A DNA stretch of 44,625 nt from a virus. Location of the stretch: the UHGV virus genome UHGV-0129366. The stretch is one strand, 5' to 3'. This document shows, piece by piece, positions 9,380-18,614 of this stretch. The stretch's first letter is position 1, and each line of letters starts with the position of its first letter. A program made the position numbers and the translations under genes. The notes beneath the pieces are model-generated. The model did no database searches. It was not told where the DNA came from and worked only from the letters and a program-made list of their open reading frames with translations.

Positions 9380-10003
9380 TTATGCGACCTCGGAAGGAAG
9401 TCCAATCATCTTATTCAAATCTTCTACCCGTAAAGCAGGAAGTGCTGTACTTGCTTTATCTGCTTCTTTTGGTAGCAACTCTTTGCTTTCAGGCCAAACT
9501 TCAATAAGTCGCTTAACTGTTGTGACTGAGTTCAAAGCAGCCCATACATTTGATTCGATATCCTTTTTCTTGGCTTCAAGTTTTTGTTGCAATGCGCAGA
9601 TTTCATCAAACCTTTTTGTTATTTCGTGTTCTGCGCTAAACATGCATTTATCTTTGGTCGGAGTAGGGAGCAATATATCTTCGCCGTTGCCGTCTTTCCC
9701 ATATGAATACCAGCCAACCCTTCTGCCAGATACAGTCAGATAAATTGAAGTTGAACGGGCATCGCATGAGTAAAATGAACATCCCAGCTTTTCAAGTTCT
9801 TCGCTTATAGCCATTAACTTGGATGATAACTGATCCACTTCCTCAGTTTTCTTTTTACCGCCAAACGCAACAACTCTGGCGTCAAGTGCAAGCTGGTTCT
9901 TTAACTTTGTTACTTCTTCAAGCTCAGTGAAAACCCCAGATTTAATTAAAGCGTTACGAGCGATTTTCTCTTTCATTCTCGTAGTTAAGCGGATTGATGA
10001 CAT
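9380..10003 (-). CDS. Hypothetical early protein (about 207 aa)
   Basis: Start moved to internal ATG 10003 (MSSIRLTT...) preceded by GAGG; lies between N and cIII where lambda carries ral/ea10. Confidence 0.45.
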   Translation of the reverse strand: MSSIRLTTRMKEKIARNALIKSGVFTELEEVTKLKNQLALDARVVAFGGKKKTEEVDQLSSKLMAISEELEKLGCSFYSCDARSTSIYLTVSGRRVGWYSYGKDGNGEDILLPTPTKDKCMFSAEHEITKRFDEICALQQKLEAKKKDIESNVWAALNSVTTVKRLIEVWPESKELLPKEADKASTALPALRVEDLNKMIGLPSEVA

Positions 10004-10064
10004 ATTAATTCCTCTCAAATAAGTGGTTTGCTGCCTAATTTCATTTTCTGGCGACCAACACAAG

Positions 10065-10337
10065 TCATCTTGCTGTCAGTTGTTTGGATTTCCGGTAGCC
10101 TGCCGCGTAAAGAGCTACATTTGGAAGACAAGTTGAGCCTTCATATTTTCTGGTCAACGTTGTCAGTGTTATTACTTCTGCTCTCATTGCTGGTTTGCGC
10201 TTGCATTGCAAGACCACTCGAGAGGGGGTTGGTCTGTGTAGCTTGTCGGAGCTAATCGCCTCCTGACTTTGCAGGTTTGCGCGACGAGCTCTACGACGAG
10301 AAGCTGAGGTGCCTTTAAATTCTGTTTTTCTGGACAT
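10065..10337 (-). CDS. N: Antiterminator N, P22 gene-24-like
   Basis: Arg-rich motif TSASRRRARRA near N-terminus; C-terminus LPNVALYAAGYRKSKQLTAR resembles P22 gp24; strong GGGAGGA SD; first gene after pL/nutL. Confidence 0.8.
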   Translation of the reverse strand: MSRKTEFKGTSASRRRARRANLQSQEAISSDKLHRPTPSRVVLQCKRKPAMRAEVITLTTLTRKYEGSTCLPNVALYAAGYRKSKQLTAR

Positions 10338-10362
10338 AGATTCCTCCCGAATAAACTTTGGT

Positions 10363-10410
10363 GATGCAATCTCGAAGCTCCTCCTGAGACGGTTGCTTCG
10401 GCATTGCATC
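10363..10410 (-). promoter_or_regulatory. Long imperfect inverted repeat in the N leader (candidate RNase III processing hairpin)
   Basis: 16-nt arms gatgcaatgccgaagc / gcttcgagattgcatc (2 mismatches) around a 16-nt loop, between nutL and the N SD. Confidence 0.35.
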
Positions 10411-10435
10411 CCACAGCTTATGTGGTTGGGTGATC

Positions 10436-10481
10436 TGGCTTTTCAGCCACGTAGTCGAGAGTCGACGTTGTTTAAAGAGCC
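10436..10481 (-). promoter_or_regulatory. nutL: Candidate nutL (boxA plus boxB)
   Basis: boxA-like GGCTCTTTAA and a boxB-like hairpin UGGCU-GAAA-AGCCA 22 nt downstream; same spacing and loop as the nutR candidate. Confidence 0.45.
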
Positions 10482-10526
10482 TGCCAGTCTGTTCCATTTA
10501 GCTTCCAGCGTCCTGCTGATGTGTTT

Positions 10527-10589
10527 AGTATCACCGCCGGAGGTATTTTCGTCAACACCGCTAGAGATAAAATATTACCGCAAATGGTT
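10527..10589 (-). promoter_or_regulatory. OL1-OL3 operators with pL promoter
   Basis: tatcaccgccggaggta, caacaccgctagagata and tattaccgcaaatggtt are close to lambda OL1/2/3; minus strand TTGACG-17nt-GATACT promoter overlaps OL2/OL1. Confidence 0.75.
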
Positions 10590-10736
10590 ATGTGCATGTT
10601 TTTACTATTGATTTATTTTTTTAAAGTTTTGCAGAGCTAGTCTGGATGTGTAGGAGCTGAATTGCGCAATGTGATAAGTGTGATTTATATTTATTCAATA
10701 AATACAATTCGTTAGGTGTGTTTTTGACGGGCTGAT

Positions 10737-10766
10737 GGTAAAAGAAAACCCGGCGCGGAGGCCGGG
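10737..10766 (-). terminator. Rho-independent terminator ending the cI operon
   Basis: GC hairpin cccggc/gcggag/gccggg followed on the minus strand by TTTTCTTTT, directly after the second rexAB-slot gene. Confidence 0.6.
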
Positions 10767-10781
10767 CTGAAGGGGCTCATT

Positions 10782-11711
10782 CTAATCGATTGATTTAATA
10801 TCCCATTGAGGTCGAGAAACCAGAGTGTATCTGGGCTTGCCCTTACCAACAGTTTTTTTCAGGAACGTGGCTGTTGCAACGCTTCCTAAGTGCTTGTTTA
10901 TAATATCTGGGTCATCTACAGCTTTGTCAATGCTAGCGGTTCTGATATCAGTGTTACCTAAAACTATAAATTCACATTGGCGCTTGTTAGGAAGAGTTCC
11001 CAAAAATATAACGTTCTCAATAATTTTTTCCTGCTGAATGTTATCATTGCTGAGATGTTGATATACAGCTTCAAGCTGTTTTGGCTCTCTAAAAACGATG
11101 CTAAAACCTTGGCTTTTAAGTGTAAAAACTGTTTTATTTTCATGCAGATAATGAATGAATGCTCTGATTTTATCTAAGGCCCGAGAGTCTAAGTTTTCTA
11201 TAGCATCAGACAATTCTTCATCATCATTATCCAAGCTTGCCTGAAATATTTTTCTGGCCTTATTAATAGCTTTTGCTACTGGGGTTTCTTCATCGAATTC
11301 AAGAGGAGCATCAGGTCTAAACTCTTCAAGTACGAATCCGAAAGAACCACGGGCTGACGCGGTAATCATGAGATGATTATTTTCTATGTTTGGTATCTTG
11401 CCTGATGCAGGAAGTGGGCCATTGAAAGAGGTTGCCAAGTAAGCTATTGCATCATTAAAACAAGATATAGCTTTTGTTCCAAATACTGCTGAAATGCCAT
11501 GCGTGCCAACTACTGTTGGGCCTCTAAAAGTTAACACAGCATGCGTAGGTTCATGTTCTCGAACGTCAGCTTGTGAAATTAATCGCTCAACTTTCTCCAG
11601 ACGGTCTTCTAAGCTTTTTCGGCTAATAGAATGACTTGTTGGCATATTTTTTAATAGATTACTTATTTGCTCGCGCTCACTGAGAGCGAAAACATAATCA
11701 TTACGATTCAT
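10782..11711 (-). CDS. Uncharacterised protein, second gene of the rexAB-slot operon (309 aa)
   Basis: Long ORF, start overlaps the upstream gene stop by 4 bp (ATGA); no family recognised; contains an R-x6-H stretch (RAFIHYLH) of unknown significance. Confidence 0.6.
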   Translation of the reverse strand: MNRNDYVFALSEREQISNLLKNMPTSHSISRKSLEDRLEKVERLISQADVREHEPTHAVLTFRGPTVVGTHGISAVFGTKAISCFNDAIAYLATSFNGPLPASGKIPNIENNHLMITASARGSFGFVLEEFRPDAPLEFDEETPVAKAINKARKIFQASLDNDDEELSDAIENLDSRALDKIRAFIHYLHENKTVFTLKSQGFSIVFREPKQLEAVYQHLSNDNIQQEKIIENVIFLGTLPNKRQCEFIVLGNTDIRTASIDKAVDDPDIINKHLGSVATATFLKKTVGKGKPRYTLVSRPQWDIKSID

Positions 11712-12286
11712 TGTTTGACCCCCTCAGTAGTAGCCGAATTAAGTATAGTCATTGCCACAACATCAAGTTGTGGGTTTAACGGGATTTGGATAAATCCCTT
11801 CCACGACAGATCGCGTCTATGTGCCCACATACTGTACCAATATACAGTCATTTCAACAAGCTCATGACTTGGTAGATTAAGTTCTTGGAAGTAGGAATCT
11901 ACGAAAAACTCCTTCTTAACAAAATCATGATCAAATAGCTCTGGCTTTCTACCGATTACGATTGCATCATTATCGCCATTACTGAATTGAAAAAAGGTCA
12001 CAACATCGACATCATTCGGTGGCCTTTTTTCAATAAGTTCAATATGTTCTGTGAAGCTTCCATCTACCCACTGAAAACCTTCAACTAGCCCTGCTTGAGT
12101 GAGTGAAACACGAAAGTTAAGAAAACCCTTAAGGATTTTAATCCTTGCAGGGCTAAGCGAAAAAGTACTAACAAAGCGTACTATATCCATTTTGTATGGG
12201 GAACGAGTATGGCTTGTAGGATCAGCCTCGTCTATTGGGGGGATTAACCCCATCTCATTCCATAGAGAGACAGTTGGTATACTCAA
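11708..12286 (-). CDS. Uncharacterised protein, first gene of the rexAB-slot operon (192 aa)
   Basis: Begins 86 bp downstream of cI on the same strand; segment VDGSFTEHIELIEKRPPNDVDVV loosely resembles a GS...DxD nucleotidyltransferase-fold signature. Confidence 0.6.
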   Translation of the reverse strand: MSIPTVSLWNEMGLIPPIDEADPTSHTRSPYKMDIVRFVSTFSLSPARIKILKGFLNFRVSLTQAGLVEGFQWVDGSFTEHIELIEKRPPNDVDVVTFFQFSNGDNDAIVIGRKPELFDHDFVKKEFFVDSYFQELNLPSHELVEMTVYWYSMWAHRRDLSWKGFIQIPLNPQLDVVAMTILNSATTEGVKQ

Positions 12287-12372
12287 TGCTTAACCTTTAT
12301 AACGAACTGAATATTCGGCAAAATATTGTTTTTAGGTATTGGCTGCTGTGCTTGTCGGACGTTTATTTCGTG

Positions 12373-13089
<717 letters not shown>

Positions 13090-13096
13090 TTAAATC

Positions 13097-13162
13097 TATC
13101 ACCGCAGGGGATAAATATCTAACACCGCAGATGTTGACTATTTTACCTCTGGCGGTGATAAT
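13097..13162. promoter_or_regulatory. OR3-OR2-OR1 operators with PR and PRM
   Basis: OR3 tatcaccgcaggggata 13097-13113, OR2 taacaccgcagatgttg 13120-13136, OR1 tacctctggcggtgata 13144-13160; PR -35 ttgact 13134-13139 and -10 gataat 13157-13162. Confidence 0.9.
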
Positions 13163-13177
13163 GACTGTATGTACTAA

Positions 13178-13387
<210 letters not shown>

Positions 13388-13394
13388 GTAACCC

Positions 13395-13440
13395 CGCTCT
13401 TTGTAACAACGGACATTCGTCCTACGTCGCTGAAAAGCGA
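13395..13440 (+). promoter_or_regulatory. nutR: Candidate nutR (boxA plus boxB)
   Basis: boxA CGCTCTTTG 13395-13403; boxB hairpin UCGCU-GAAA-AGCGA 13427-13440. Confidence 0.5.
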
Positions 13441-13525
13441 GCCCCAAGATATCTGACCAACTCAGGCCATATGCGTTTCCACGCATACCAGTCAACTAAC
13501 TATTCACTATTGGAAATCTTAAGAA

Positions 13526-13825
13526 ATGGAAAGAACAAGTTACAGCAAACTATCACAGCGCGACGTTGATCGCGCAGAAACAGATTTACTCATCAACCTG
13601 TCAGCGATTACCCAGCGCGGTCTGGCAAAGATGATTGGCTGTCATGAATCGAAGATAAGCAGAACGGACTGGAGATTTATTGCTTCGGTCTTGTGTGCTT
13701 TCGGAATGGCATCAGACATCAGTCCGATTAGCAGGGCTTTTAAGTATGCGCTTGATGGACTCACCAATAAAAAACGCCCGGTGTGCAAGACCGAGCGTTC
13801 TGAACAAATCCAGATGGAATTTTAA
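13526..13825 (+). CDS. cII: CII-like transcriptional activator
   Basis: 99 aa; C-terminus TNKKRPVCKTERSEQIQMEF matches lambda CII C-terminus; N-terminal HTH region divergent. Confidence 0.75.
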   Translation: MERTSYSKLSQRDVDRAETDLLINLSAITQRGLAKMIGCHESKISRTDWRFIASVLCAFGMASDISPISRAFKYALDGLTNKKRPVCKTERSEQIQMEF

Positions 13826-13847
13826 CAACATCCAGCGAGGTAATTAT

Positions 13848-13991
13848 ATGCGAAAAACGCAGGAAAATAAACGCGTTAATCACCGAAAAGATGTGCTACG
13901 TGACCAGTTTTATCAGGGGGTTAATCCAGCAATAGCTGTGCCACTGAGAGAAATACTTAACAGGTACAAAACTTCGGAGAAGTCAAAATGA
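13848..13991 (+). CDS. Small basic hypothetical protein (47 aa)
   Basis: ATG with GCGAGG SD 7 nt upstream; stop overlaps the O-like start (ATGA). Confidence 0.3.
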   Translation: MRKTQENKRVNHRKDVLRDQFYQGVNPAIAVPLREILNRYKTSEKSK

Positions 13992-14809
13992 GCATGAATC
14001 TTATGGCTAAGGCCATGAATATAAAGGTTGGCAACCCACTGAGAAAACTGGTTCTGATTAAACTTGCCGATAACGCCAATGATAATGGCGAATGCTGGCC
14101 TTCATATCAACATGTCGCTGACCAGTGTGAGGTGAGCAGATCGACAGTAAAAAGTCACATTAGGGCACTGGAAGAGATGGGGCTTTTGAAAAGGGAATTC
14201 AGAAGAAAAGGAGAGCTTAACCAGTCAAACGTTTTTTATCTGACGCTGGATAATGCACAACAAATCCAGCCAGAATCAGGTGGGGCAGGAGCTGCCCGGG
14301 GTGGGGCAGGAGCTGCCCGGGGTGGGGCAGGAGCTGCCCTAGGGGGTGGGGCAGGAGCTGCCCTAGGGGGTGGGGCAGGAGCTGCCCCCAGAACCTATCA
14401 CTCTTTTGAACCAGTCAATGAACCTAAAAACATTATGTTCGAACATGTCCGAACAGAGTGTGAAAAAACTCCTGACCGTCACGAAGAAACCGACAAGGCA
14501 TTCGAGGAAATATTCTGGTGTGCAGGCATGCGGAAAGCCGGGAAGAAAAACGCAGCTTCAGCATTCAGAACACAGTTCAGGGAATGGCGTAAAACTACCA
14601 GGGGTACGGCAAGCGAGTTTGCCACGATGCTGGCAGAAGACATCGCATGCAGGAATGGTAAGCAGTTCGGATTCGACAGGTTGTTACCATCGAGCTACCT
14701 GAACGGTCAACGCTGGAACGACGAGAAGCCAGAAACTATTCAACCACAATCCAAACCATCATCCGCAATCACCGTATCGAAAACTGGCTACGTGTTTTTC
14801 GACAGGTGA
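13988..14809 (+). CDS. Replication initiator, lambda O-like, with internal origin iterons
   Basis: 273 aa; N-terminal DNA-binding region; Gly/Ala-rich linker encoded by tandem DNA repeats; position after cII and before the helicase. Confidence 0.65.
   Translation: MSMNLMAKAMNIKVGNPLRKLVLIKLADNANDNGECWPSYQHVADQCEVSRSTVKSHIRALEEMGLLKREFRRKGELNQSNVFYLTLDNAQQIQPESGGAGAARGGAGAARGGAGAALGGGAGAALGGGAGAAPRTYHSFEPVNEPKNIMFEHVRTECEKTPDRHEETDKAFEEIFWCAGMRKAGKKNAASAFRTQFREWRKTTRGTASEFATMLAEDIACRNGKQFGFDRLLPSSYLNGQRWNDEKPETIQPQSKPSSAITVSKTGYVFFDR
14279..14389 (+). repeat. Five tandem iterons (candidate ori) inside the O-like gene
   Basis: tggggcaggagctgccc at 14281, 14302, 14323, 14347 and 14371 (periods 21, 21, 24, 24); each copy is internally palindromic (gggcag/ctgccc). 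Confidence 0.6.
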
Positions 14810-14812
14810 ACC

Positions 14813-14920
14813 ATGAAATCAAAAATCAAATCGTTACTGGTCGCTGGTTATAACCACGGCTGGTTAAGTATTTCGTTTGTCGATTTCTGGTTTAAAAATC
14901 TCAATCTGAGGGAATCATGA
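14813..14920 (+). CDS. Possible small hydrophobic protein (35 aa)
   Basis: ORF MKSKIKSLLVAGYNHGWLSISFVDFWFKNLNLRES between O-like and primase genes; stop overlaps the primase start; weak SD. Confidence 0.2.
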   Translation: MKSKIKSLLVAGYNHGWLSISFVDFWFKNLNLRES

Positions 14921-16797
14921 CTCCAAGTGAACTTAGCTACCTGCTTTGGGCGCAGGTTGACAGGGTGGCTCCACACCTGTTGCCAAACGGCAAGAAAGAG
15001 GGGCATGAGTGGGTTGCCGGTAACGTCAACGGTGACAAGGGAAACAGCCTTAAGGTCAACCTTAGCGGCAAGAAAAAATGGGCTGATTTCGCTGAGGGAG
15101 ACGGCGGTGACATGCTTGATTTGTGGATGGCATGTCGTGGAATTAACCTGCATCAGGCTATGCAGGAAGCGAAAGCATTTCTCGGTATCAAGGATGACGA
15201 TCACCATTTCGATGCCAGACGTGAGAAGAAATTCTCCAGACCTGATCGCAAGAAAATCGCCCGCTACGTTACCAGAACAGAATCCCATCTTGAGTACCTG
15301 CAATCGCGTGGCATATCGCCAGAAATCGTAAAGCGCTACGAGGTTGTCAGCGGCAAGGTGTGGAATGGAGAGCGGGAACTGGATGCTCTGGTGATTCCGT
15401 ACAAACGCGATGGTGAGTTGTTGCAGGTCAAGCGAATCAGCACTGAGCGCCAGGACGGGAAGAAAGTCATTATGGCAGAAGGTGATTGCGAACCTTGCCT
15501 GTTCGGATGGCAGGCTCTGGACGCTGGCGTGAGGGCGGTTGTGCTTTGCGAAGGCGAAATTGATTGTATGAGCTATGCGCAATACGGCATCTCGGCGTTA
15601 TCCGTGCCGTTTGGTGGCGGGAAAGGCGCTAAGCAACAGTGGATTGAGTTTGAGTATCACAACCTCGACAGGTTTGAGGAAATATTCATCTCGATGGACG
15701 TTGATGATGTTGGTCGTGAAGCCGCAAGGGAAATCGCAAGCCGACTCGGTGAACATCGTTGCCGTCTTGTTACTCTGCCGTACAAAGACATCAACGAATG
15801 CCTGATGAACGGTGTTACCGAGGATGAAATCTGGCAGTACATCGGCACGGCATCCTACTTCGATCCTGAAGAACTCTACAGCGCGCGAGAGTTTTACCAG
15901 GACACTATCAACGCTTTCTACGGCAAGCAGCAGTATCTGTTTAATCCACCGTGGGAATCTCTGGCAGATAAATTCCAGTTCCGTGAGGCAGAGTTGACGC
16001 TGGTCAATGGTGTGAACGGTCACGGAAAAACGGAGGTTGTCGGGCATATGGCACTTGAGGCAATGCGTCAGGGTGTGAAGACGTGCATCGCGTCACTTGA
16101 GCTGAAGCCTGGTATTCTCCTTAAGCGCCTTACCCGTCAGGCGACGTGCTGCAAGATGCCGCCAGTGCTGGAAATTGACTCTGCATTTAAATTTTATGAC
16201 GAAAGACTTTGGGTGTTTGGCCTGACCGGAACGGCGAAAGCCGACAGGCTGATCGAAATATTCGACTACGCTCGCCGCCGATACGGGATCCAGTTATTCA
16301 TCATCGACAGCCTGATGAAATGTGGCATAGGCGACGATGACTATAACGGGCAGAAGGCGTTTGTTGACTCGATTTGCGACTTCAAAAACAAAACAAACTC
16401 CCACGTCATTCTCGTTACTCACTCGCGAAAAGGAGACAGCGAAGAAAAACCAACCGGGAAAATGGACGTAAAAGGCTCTGGAGCGATAACAGACCTGACA
16501 GACAATCTTTTCATCATCTGGCGTAACAAGGCTCGCGAGAGAGCGTTACAGAGAGTTCAGAGTGGTGAAAAGATGTCAGAGAAGGACGAACAGCTACTGG
16601 CATCTCCGGCATCTGTTTTGATGCTTGAAAAACAACGTAACGGCGAAGGTTGGGAAGGTGGTGTCCCGTTGTTCCTTGACGAGCAATCGCACCAGTTCCT
16701 GCAACTTGAATCAGGATCGCCATATAGCTACATCGCTAATATGCCGAAATCGGAATATGACGAGGCGTGGCGACAGGAAAACGTGACGGAGTATTAA
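14917..16797 (+). CDS. Bifunctional DNA primase/replicative helicase
   Basis: 626 aa; TOPRIM-like motifs (VVLCEGEIDCMSY, FISMDVDDVGREAA) followed by Walker A NGVNGHGKT and Walker B LFIIDSLMK. Confidence 0.8.
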   Translation: MTPSELSYLLWAQVDRVAPHLLPNGKKEGHEWVAGNVNGDKGNSLKVNLSGKKKWADFAEGDGGDMLDLWMACRGINLHQAMQEAKAFLGIKDDDHHFDARREKKFSRPDRKKIARYVTRTESHLEYLQSRGISPEIVKRYEVVSGKVWNGERELDALVIPYKRDGELLQVKRISTERQDGKKVIMAEGDCEPCLFGWQALDAGVRAVVLCEGEIDCMSYAQYGISALSVPFGGGKGAKQQWIEFEYHNLDRFEEIFISMDVDDVGREAAREIASRLGEHRCRLVTLPYKDINECLMNGVTEDEIWQYIGTASYFDPEELYSAREFYQDTINAFYGKQQYLFNPPWESLADKFQFREAELTLVNGVNGHGKTEVVGHMALEAMRQGVKTCIASLELKPGILLKRLTRQATCCKMPPVLEIDSAFKFYDERLWVFGLTGTAKADRLIEIFDYARRRYGIQLFIIDSLMKCGIGDDDYNGQKAFVDSICDFKNKTNSHVILVTHSRKGDSEEKPTGKMDVKGSGAITDLTDNLFIIWRNKARERALQRVQSGEKMSEKDEQLLASPASVLMLEKQRNGEGWEGGVPLFLDEQSHQFLQLESGSPYSYIANMPKSEYDEAWRQENVTEY

Positions 16798-16968
16798 ATG
16801 ACCATCTACATCACTGAGCTAATAACAGGCCTGCTGGTAATCGTAGGCCTTTTGTTTGTATGTAAGCAAAATCGATTTTAAGCCACATAAATAAGCCTGT
16901 GGCGACCTAATCATAATTAGGTGGCGAGATGCAAAAGTTAGTCAGAATGCGATTCAGGAGGTTTAAGG

Positions 16969-17415
16969 GTGAGGCAAATATACATGCTTCGCAACGAAGC
17001 AATCAGAAATAACGCCATAGACGCAATACTCTCACTTCCCATCGACGACAAGTCACCCCACGAAGTCCACGTTAAAGAACCCAAGCGTAGCAAAGCGCAG
17101 AATGACCGTATGTGGCCGATGCTGAACGATGTTTCGCGTCAGGTGCTATGGCATGGTCAACGGCTGGCGCCGGAAGACTGGAAAGACCTGTTCACTGCCC
17201 TGTGGCTTAAGACCAAAAAACTGGAGCAACGAAGTGTGCCTGGTATCGACGGTGGCGTTGTCATGCTTGGCGTGCGTACCAGCAAAATGCGAAAGGCCAG
17301 CATGACTGAGCTTATCGAAATCATGTTTTGGTTCGGCTCAGAGCGCAACGTGCGGTGGAGTGATGACTCCCGGCGAGAGTATGAATGGTCACAACGAACA
17401 GGGAGGGAGGCATGA
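16969..17415 (+). CDS. ninB: NinB (Orf-family recombination mediator)
   Basis: 148 aa with DQNRKLW-like [21 protein letters not shown] block resembling lambda NinB. Confidence 0.85.
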   Translation: MRQIYMLRNEAIRNNAIDAILSLPIDDKSPHEVHVKEPKRSKAQNDRMWPMLNDVSRQVLWHGQRLAPEDWKDLFTALWLKTKKLEQRSVPGIDGGVVMLGVRTSKMRKASMTELIEIMFWFGSERNVRWSDDSRREYEWSQRTGREA

Positions 17416-17606
17416 GGCGACAGCGACGAAGTATCACCGACATCATCTGCGAAAACTGCAAATACCTTCCAACGAAACGCTCCAGAAATAAACGCAAGCC
17501 AATCCCCAAAGAATCTGACGTAAAAACCTTCAATTACACGGCTCACCTGTGGGATATCCGGTGGCTAAGACATCGTGCGAGGAATACAAGGGGATTGACG
17601 CGATGA
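17412..17606 (+). CDS. ninE: NinE
   Basis: [53 protein letters not shown] matches lambda NinE; ATGA overlap with ninB. Confidence 0.85.
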   Translation: MRRQRRSITDIICENCKYLPTKRSRNKRKPIPKESDVKTFNYTAHLWDIRWLRHRARNTRGLTR

Positions 17607-17685
17607 TTTATCCGGGGCTATATTCCTCACACGCCAGCAAAATCTGGCGTCGGGATTGGCGTCCCGGATAGAAACCGCGACAGAG

Positions 17686-17708
17686 ACACGCCGCGAGCGT
17701 GTTTTTTA
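17686..17708 (+). terminator. Putative intrinsic terminator in the ninE-roi intergenic region
   Basis: Hairpin acacg/ccgcgag/cgtgt followed by TTTTTATT. Confidence 0.4.
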
Positions 17709-17868
17709 TTGTCGTATGCACGCGCACATCTGAATTATGGTGGGCTGTGTGGGGGCGGAGAGATCCGCGCCGGTCGGTTTCCCGGTTACGCCAACCCTGC
17801 ACAGTTCACCGCCAGACGATTGGCGTCGTCGGTGGTGAGTCATTTAGAAACCACCGGAGAGCGTCACC

Positions 17869-18546
17869 ATGACAACTCAAATTTCTGTCGAAACTCTTTC
17901 CCCGATCACCCACAACCAGATCCCCGTTATTACAACTGAACTTCTTGCGCAGTTATACGGAACAAAAATCAAAAACATTTCGGATAACTTTCTTAACAAC
18001 ACGACGCGATTCGTGGTAGGGAAGCATTACTTTAAAATTGAAAGGAACGAATTACGCGAGTTTAAGAACAGACCCGAAACAATCGGGTTAGTTGGTAAAA
18101 ATGCCCGCTCCCTCATCCTCTGGACAGAACGCGGAGCAGCCCGTCACGCCAAAATGCTCGAAACCGATCAGGCGTGGGAAGTGTTCGAAAAACTGGAAGA
18201 CTGCTATTTCAGCCAGTGCGAGAAAAATACTGGCAAACAAGAGAAGAAGCCCAACGGGCTTTCCGCAAAAGAAACAGACAGCCTTGTTTGGCTGTGGGAT
18301 TATGCCAACCGCTCACAGGCATTGTTCCGTGAGTTGTATCCCGCATTAAAACTGATTCAGTCTGGCTATTCCGGCATATGCCACGACTACGGCTATGAGT
18401 TCTCGTATATCATCGGGAGGGCGAGGGGCGTTTTAATTAATCACACGCGGGATATAGATATTTATGAGCCTGACGGGCCGACGAACCTTCTGGCATGGGA
18501 AAGGCTTAAGAACAAAGAGTTGCCGCCTTCACTGCATCGCTACTGA
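17869..18546 (+). CDS. Roi/antirepressor-like DNA-binding protein
   Basis: 225 aa; N-terminal region [37 protein letters not shown] resembles the ORF6N/KilA-N-type fold; C-terminal 100 aa is about 85 percent identical to the C-terminus of the ant-like protein at 40656-41579. Confidence 0.6.
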   Translation: MTTQISVETLSPITHNQIPVITTELLAQLYGTKIKNISDNFLNNTTRFVVGKHYFKIERNELREFKNRPETIGLVGKNARSLILWTERGAARHAKMLETDQAWEVFEKLEDCYFSQCEKNTGKQEKKPNGLSAKETDSLVWLWDYANRSQALFRELYPALKLIQSGYSGICHDYGYEFSYIIGRARGVLINHTRDIDIYEPDGPTNLLAWERLKNKELPPSLHRY

Positions 18547-18588
18547 CAATTGACAACTTAACAAACCCAGCTTCGGCTGGGTTTTTTA
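18232..18588 (+). repeat. Copy 1 of an approximately 360-bp dispersed direct repeat (partner at 41265-41621)
   Basis: By-eye alignment of the two gene 3' ends plus terminator, roughly 80 percent nucleotide identity. Confidence 0.6.
18565..18588 (+). terminator. Rho-independent terminator
   Basis: cccagc-ttcg-gctggg followed by TTTTTT; an identical hairpin follows ant at 41599-41621. Confidence 0.7.
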
Positions 18589-18614
18589 TTGCTGAATTTT
18601 CAATATGAGAGGAC

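Noticed and set aside
9342-9743. 133-aa plus-strand ORF
   Set aside because: Antisense to the 207-aa early gene within the minus-strand pL operon; no RBS and low-complexity Ser/Leu-rich translation.
10309-10611. 100-aa plus-strand ORF spanning the N leader and OL
   Set aside because: The region holds the OL operators, pL, the candidate nutL and the N ribosome-binding site on the other strand, so it is regulatory.
14279-14389. Tandem repeats as a possible CRISPR array
   Set aside because: The repeats are contiguous with no spacers, only 21-24 bp in period, and lie in-frame inside the O-like gene; they are origin iterons or a linker.
14848-15582. 244-aa minus-strand ORF
   Set aside because: Lies wholly antisense inside the primase-helicase gene, which has clear TOPRIM and Walker motifs.
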